NCBI GenBank assembly: GCA_965217585.1
Contig: OZ244561.1
Span: 6,528,001-6,592,000 of the forward strand
Direction: 5' to 3'
Source of the DNA: Candidatus Latescibacterota bacterium
GTDB lineage: Bacteria > Latescibacterota > UBA2968 > UBA8231
DNA: 64,000 nt
Each line of letters starts with the position of its first letter. Position 1 is the first letter of the stretch. Shown piece by piece: positions 60,557-64,000 of the stretch. The translations under genes and the position numbers were made by a program. The notes under the pieces are model-generated. The model searched no databases. It was given only the letters and a program-made list of their open reading frames with translations, and was not told the DNA's origin.

Positions 60557-60678
60557 CCAACTACTCGCTATTGATGACGGGGAGCGTTCTGATGATGCTG
60601 CCGATGATCGTGCTCTTTGTCTTCGGCCAGCGATTCTTCGTGCGCGGTATCCAGCTCGGCGCGCTCAAGGGCTGACCG
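60557..60678 (+). repeat. Direct repeat copy 2 (orphan 3' end of the permease gene)
   Basis: Encodes NYSLLMTGSVLMMLPMIVLFVFGQRFFVRGIQLGALKG* with no upstream gene body. Confidence 0.95.
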
Positions 60679-60681
60679 GAG

Positions 60682-61485
60682 TCACAGCTCTGCTTCGGGA
60701 AGCTGCTCCCACTCCAGCTCGTCCTCGTCGATATCCCAATCGTCGCGCCGCGCCGCCGGCCGGTTGCAATAGGTGTGAAATTCGCAGCGCTGGCACTCGC
60801 CCTCGTCGTCGGTTTTGGCGTACGCATCCGCGTCTGGGAGGGCCTCGATGGAGGCGATCGCCTCTGACAAAAGCGCACGTGCCCGCTCGTGCTCAGCGGC
60901 CGAATAGGCAATCGGCTGCAGGGCCTGCGGGTACTGAGCGTGCCAATAGACCAACACCACATCGTCGGGTGCTAGTGCACGGCCCTCGTTCAAGACCGCG
61001 CCGGCCTCGACCAAAACGAAGCGATAGACCAGCGTTTGCCAGCTTTGGGCATAGGCGGCTTGCTCTGGCTTTCTGCGGCCGGTCTTCCAGTCGAATATCC
61101 AAGCGCGGCCATCGTCGGCTAGTACCACGCGGTCGAACTTGGCGACGAGACGCCGACCGGCTAGGGGTACGGAAAGCATGGTTTCCCCGAACACCGCCCC
61201 CGTAGGCACAACCGGTGGCTGCTCGCGCCAATTGCGCCACCAAGCGGCCAACAGCGGATCGCGGCTGCGCTGCACCGCGTCTTCCACATCCATGCCCAAG
61301 CTCTCCTGCAACACAAACTGGTGGAACGCCCGCCCGCGGCCGGCTGCGGCCTCCCACTCATCGAACTGGTCGGTCAGCGGCGCTGGCCACGCCAACCGCT
61401 CGACATAGCGCAACAGGAACTGCCGCCGACAGCGCTCAAAAGCCGTCAGGCTGCTCTGGCTGTACTTGAATCCTTGCGGTATCAT
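60682..61485 (-). CDS. PD-(D/E)XK nuclease, AddB/Cas4-like with a 4-Cys Fe-S staple
   Basis: SQSSLTAFERC, GRAFH, E, KFDRV, FDWKTG, QTLVY, CQRCEFHTYC; ATGA overlap with the helicase. Confidence 0.9.
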   Translation of the reverse strand: MIPQGFKYSQSSLTAFERCRRQFLLRYVERLAWPAPLTDQFDEWEAAAGRGRAFHQFVLQESLGMDVEDAVQRSRDPLLAAWWRNWREQPPVVPTGAVFGETMLSVPLAGRRLVAKFDRVVLADDGRAWIFDWKTGRRKPEQAAYAQSWQTLVYRFVLVEAGAVLNEGRALAPDDVVLVYWHAQYPQALQPIAYSAAEHERARALLSEAIASIEALPDADAYAKTDDEGECQRCEFHTYCNRPAARRDDWDIDEDELEWEQLPEAEL

Positions 61486-63680
61486 CGGCTCTGCTGCTCG
61501 CAATAGAGTTGCAACTGGTGGAAGACCTCGGCCATGGGCACGGGCTGCGTCCGCGTGGCGCGCGGAATCTGGCGACTCCAGCTCAGGACCAAATAGCGCC
61601 GCGCACGAGTAATGGCGACGTAGAGTAACCGCAGCCGCTCGGCGATCACTTCGGCGTGGGAGCGATCGGTGGCCGACAGCCGGCTCGACCCGATTTCGCC
61701 GATCAGGTCCAACAGCTCGGCCCGCGCATCCTCGCAGGGATCGCCGCCGAGAAACTCGTACTCGCCCAAAAACCGCGCGTCGAGGTCGTGGGGAAACCAA
61801 TCGCCATCAACCCCCATGACATAGACTAGATCCCACTCCATCCCCTTGGCTTTGTGCATGGTCGTCAGGAAAATCCGCCCGGGCTGAGGCGCCAATGCGT
61901 CCTCTGCTTCGGCGAGCGCCCCCGCCCGGCCCTGTACGGCCTCGCTCAGCTCGCGCACCAACTCGGGCAATTGCCAATCTGCGTTTTGGTCGGCGCGGGT
62001 GCGCACATAGACCGCCAGTTGCTGCGCCCGCGCCATATCCTCTTCCTTTAACAAATCTTGGGCAACCGTCATCAGGAGCTGATCTACCGGCAACGCGACC
62101 GCCCGCAGCCAGCGCCGCAGATAGCCACACAGAAGGGCGATGGCCTCCAAATCCTGCGGCTCGATGCGATCCAGCGGAGGCAGGGCCGCTTCCATGCGCT
62201 GGCCGGCCTCCGGATAGAGCAGTGCTTCGGGCCGATAGCAACTGCGCAGCAGCATGGCCACGGCCTCCTCGTTCCCCGGCCCACTCGGCCCGGGCCAAAA
62301 GCCGACCAAGGCGCGGTAAGCCCGCTCTAACTGGTTGCGCTGCAAGGGCTCGGCGAGAAAGCCCAGCACCTCGCATAGGGCCTCGCCCACCCGCCGCGCC
62401 GAGCGCGGGCTTTGCAGCACCTCGTCGAAGTCCGCTCCGGCTTGGCGCAAGCGCTCGGCCATATCGTAGCCGATGCGGTTGGTCGGCACCAGCACCGCCA
62501 CCGTCAAGTTCGGACTGCGCTCGGCAAAACCCTTGGCCCGACGAGTGATGCTGTCGAATTCATCGAGGCGGTTGTTGTACTCGCGAAACCTTATGGCACT
62601 GTCCGCGTCCGCGGGGTTTTGCTGGGGATCGCCGCGGTCGGTGGGCTGCATTTGCTGGGGCCGGAAAGCGCGCTGGCGCACCTCGGCCAGCGGGTGTTCG
62701 ACCGCGGCCCACTCGACCAGAAAGTTGGCCAATTCCATGACCTTAGGGGCGCAGCGGCCGGAGATCGTCATCTCCGCGACTGCGACATCTTCGCGCTCCA
62801 AGAAGCGGCGCAAATAGCGAGGATCGGCTGCGGTGAAGGTGCTCATAATCGCCTGATTGGGATCGCCGACCCGGAGCCAATTGCCGCCCGGCCCCACCAA
62901 CAGCGCGATCAGCTCCTCCTGCAAGGGGACGCTGTCTTGCGCCTCGTCCTCCAAGACGAAGGGCCAACGCCGCCGGTAGCGGCTGCACAAATCCGGGTAT
63001 TGCTGCAACATATCTACAGCCATCCACACCAAGTCGTCGAAATCGAGGCCGCCGATGGTCTCGACTTGTTGCTGGTAGAGCCGGTAGATTTCCGCGCCGA
63101 TCCGCAAAAACGGGTCGCCATCTTCCCGGCCGCCGAGCCGCGCCAAGAGATCCTCGGCCCGCAGCCGGCGGTTCTTGGCCGTGGTGATGACCGTGCGGGC
63201 CACTTTCCGCGCAATGTCGCGCCACTCCTGCTCCCACTGCTGATCCACGTATTCCCCAGGTCCCAACCGGCCCCACACCCCCTTGTTGTCGTCGTTCCAG
63301 GTCCGCACCGCCTTGTCGAGCAAGCTCTCGCTAGCGCGCTCGTCGAGCACCATAAATTCGGCTGCGGCCCCCACCAGCCCGGGATTGGCTTGGACGATGC
63401 CGTAGGCCAAGCTGTGCAAGGTCCGCACGTCGTAGCCGACCGGGAGCATGTCCATCTCTTGCAAGCGCTGGCCGATCCGGGCGCGGACATTGTCCACGGC
63501 CGCGTTTTGGTAGGTCACGATTAGCACCTGCCCCCCCTCGGTGCGCCTTTCGGCGATCAGCCGAGTCGCCAAGGCGACAATCGCGGCGGTCTTACCGCTG
63601 CCGGGCACCGCTGACACGCCGAGCAGGCCGCCTTGATAGGCCAAAATCTCGCGCTGTCCCGCGCGCGGCTCAAACCTCAC
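61482..63680 (-). CDS. UvrD/AddA-like ATP-dependent helicase
   Basis: AVPGSGKT, RTLHSLA, LDFDDL, EDEAQD, VGDPNQAI, TMHKAKGMEWD, RLLYVAITRAR; GTG start overlaps the upstream stop. Confidence 0.92.
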   Translation of the reverse strand: MRFEPRAGQREILAYQGGLLGVSAVPGSGKTAAIVALATRLIAERRTEGGQVLIVTYQNAAVDNVRARIGQRLQEMDMLPVGYDVRTLHSLAYGIVQANPGLVGAAAEFMVLDERASESLLDKAVRTWNDDNKGVWGRLGPGEYVDQQWEQEWRDIARKVARTVITTAKNRRLRAEDLLARLGGREDGDPFLRIGAEIYRLYQQQVETIGGLDFDDLVWMAVDMLQQYPDLCSRYRRRWPFVLEDEAQDSVPLQEELIALLVGPGGNWLRVGDPNQAIMSTFTAADPRYLRRFLEREDVAVAEMTISGRCAPKVMELANFLVEWAAVEHPLAEVRQRAFRPQQMQPTDRGDPQQNPADADSAIRFREYNNRLDEFDSITRRAKGFAERSPNLTVAVLVPTNRIGYDMAERLRQAGADFDEVLQSPRSARRVGEALCEVLGFLAEPLQRNQLERAYRALVGFWPGPSGPGNEEAVAMLLRSCYRPEALLYPEAGQRMEAALPPLDRIEPQDLEAIALLCGYLRRWLRAVALPVDQLLMTVAQDLLKEEDMARAQQLAVYVRTRADQNADWQLPELVRELSEAVQGRAGALAEAEDALAPQPGRIFLTTMHKAKGMEWDLVYVMGVDGDWFPHDLDARFLGEYEFLGGDPCEDARAELLDLIGEIGSSRLSATDRSHAEVIAERLRLLYVAITRARRYLVLSWSRQIPRATRTQPVPMAEVFHQLQLYCEQQSR

Positions 63681-64000
63681 CCGCGACCCTCCTGCAAGAC
63701 CTGTTGCACCGCCATCATCAGCGGCCCGTCCTGTGCCGAGCCGCGGCCTTCTGAGTCGCTGGCACAGAGGTAAATCCCGTCGCGGCAGCGCAGGCACAGG
63801 CCCCGCACTAAGCGGTAGAGGTTGCGGTTGCGGATCGAGTAATCCACGGCGTCGGTCCAGCGTTCTTCTGGGTTCCAGCGCCGGGTCAGCACGTAGTGGT
63901 TGGTCAAGGGCTGGTGCAGTGGCTCCCACCAAGTCGCCGAGCCAATGTCCAGCCAGAACTGGTAGCGCGCCACATGGCCGGAGAGCAAGTAGGTATAGAC
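63677..64000 (-). CDS. C-terminus of an uncharacterised protein, possibly a degenerate helicase-like partner; 5' end outside the window
   Basis: Open frame to the window edge: YQFWLDIGSATW...RLVRGLCLRCRDGIYLC...QDGPL; coupled to the helicase start. Confidence 0.6.
   Translation of the reverse strand, partial: VYTYLLSGHVARYQFWLDIGSATWWEPLHQPLTNHYVLTRRWNPEERWTDAVDYSIRNRNLYRLVRGLCLRCRDGIYLCASDSEGRGSAQDGPLMMAVQQVLQEGRG

Noticed and set aside
58882-60678. 122-bp repeat pair as DGR TR/VR
   Set aside because: The differences are almost all synonymous, include non-adenine positions, and there is no reverse transcriptase; a gene-end duplication explains it better.
60682-61485. Cas4 / CRISPR-associated nuclease
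   Set aside because: No cas1/cas2 and no repeat-spacer array in the window; the gene is coupled to a UvrD-like helicase instead.

Overview
GC-rich, gene-dense bacterial chromosome segment of about 55 CDS plus one tRNA-Thr(CGT). The FG-GAP/CRTAC1 and TPR lipoproteins, a T9SS/FlgD-type C-terminal domain and a 'TAVxxxSWGRIK' tail suggest an FCB-group lineage such as Latescibacterota; this is inference only. Most of the window is housekeeping: fadN-like, queD, dxr, rny, kamA-like, folE, Prx, sodA, iscU, ALDH, dat, nth, eno, ssb, ftsA, mltG, pcrA, mtaB and miaB. The most notable locus (10.2-15.6 kb, minus strand) is a non-canonical phage-shock (Psp) operon. It has a perfect sigma-54 promoter with two upstream TGGC-N7-GCCA boxes, followed by pspA, a 2TM+wHTH-like protein and three tandem small membrane paralogues sharing a 'QRLTEVQDVMIxLSEK' tail (one frameshifted). 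It ends with a soluble TPR histidine kinase and a receiver-fused PspF-like activator lacking the PspA-contact tryptophan. Other points of interest are a 1.55-kb integrase-free islet bounded by a 122-bp duplicated gene end, a three-gene helicase/helicase-like/Fe-S nuclease cluster and a propeller-diheme cytochrome-sorting-domain fusion. Also present are an ABC sugar transporter with unusual insertions, a USP-EIIA fusion, an orphan ftsA with a structured leader and a vapBC module. No CRISPR array, rRNA, integrase or transposase was seen. All calls are by eye and no database searches were run.
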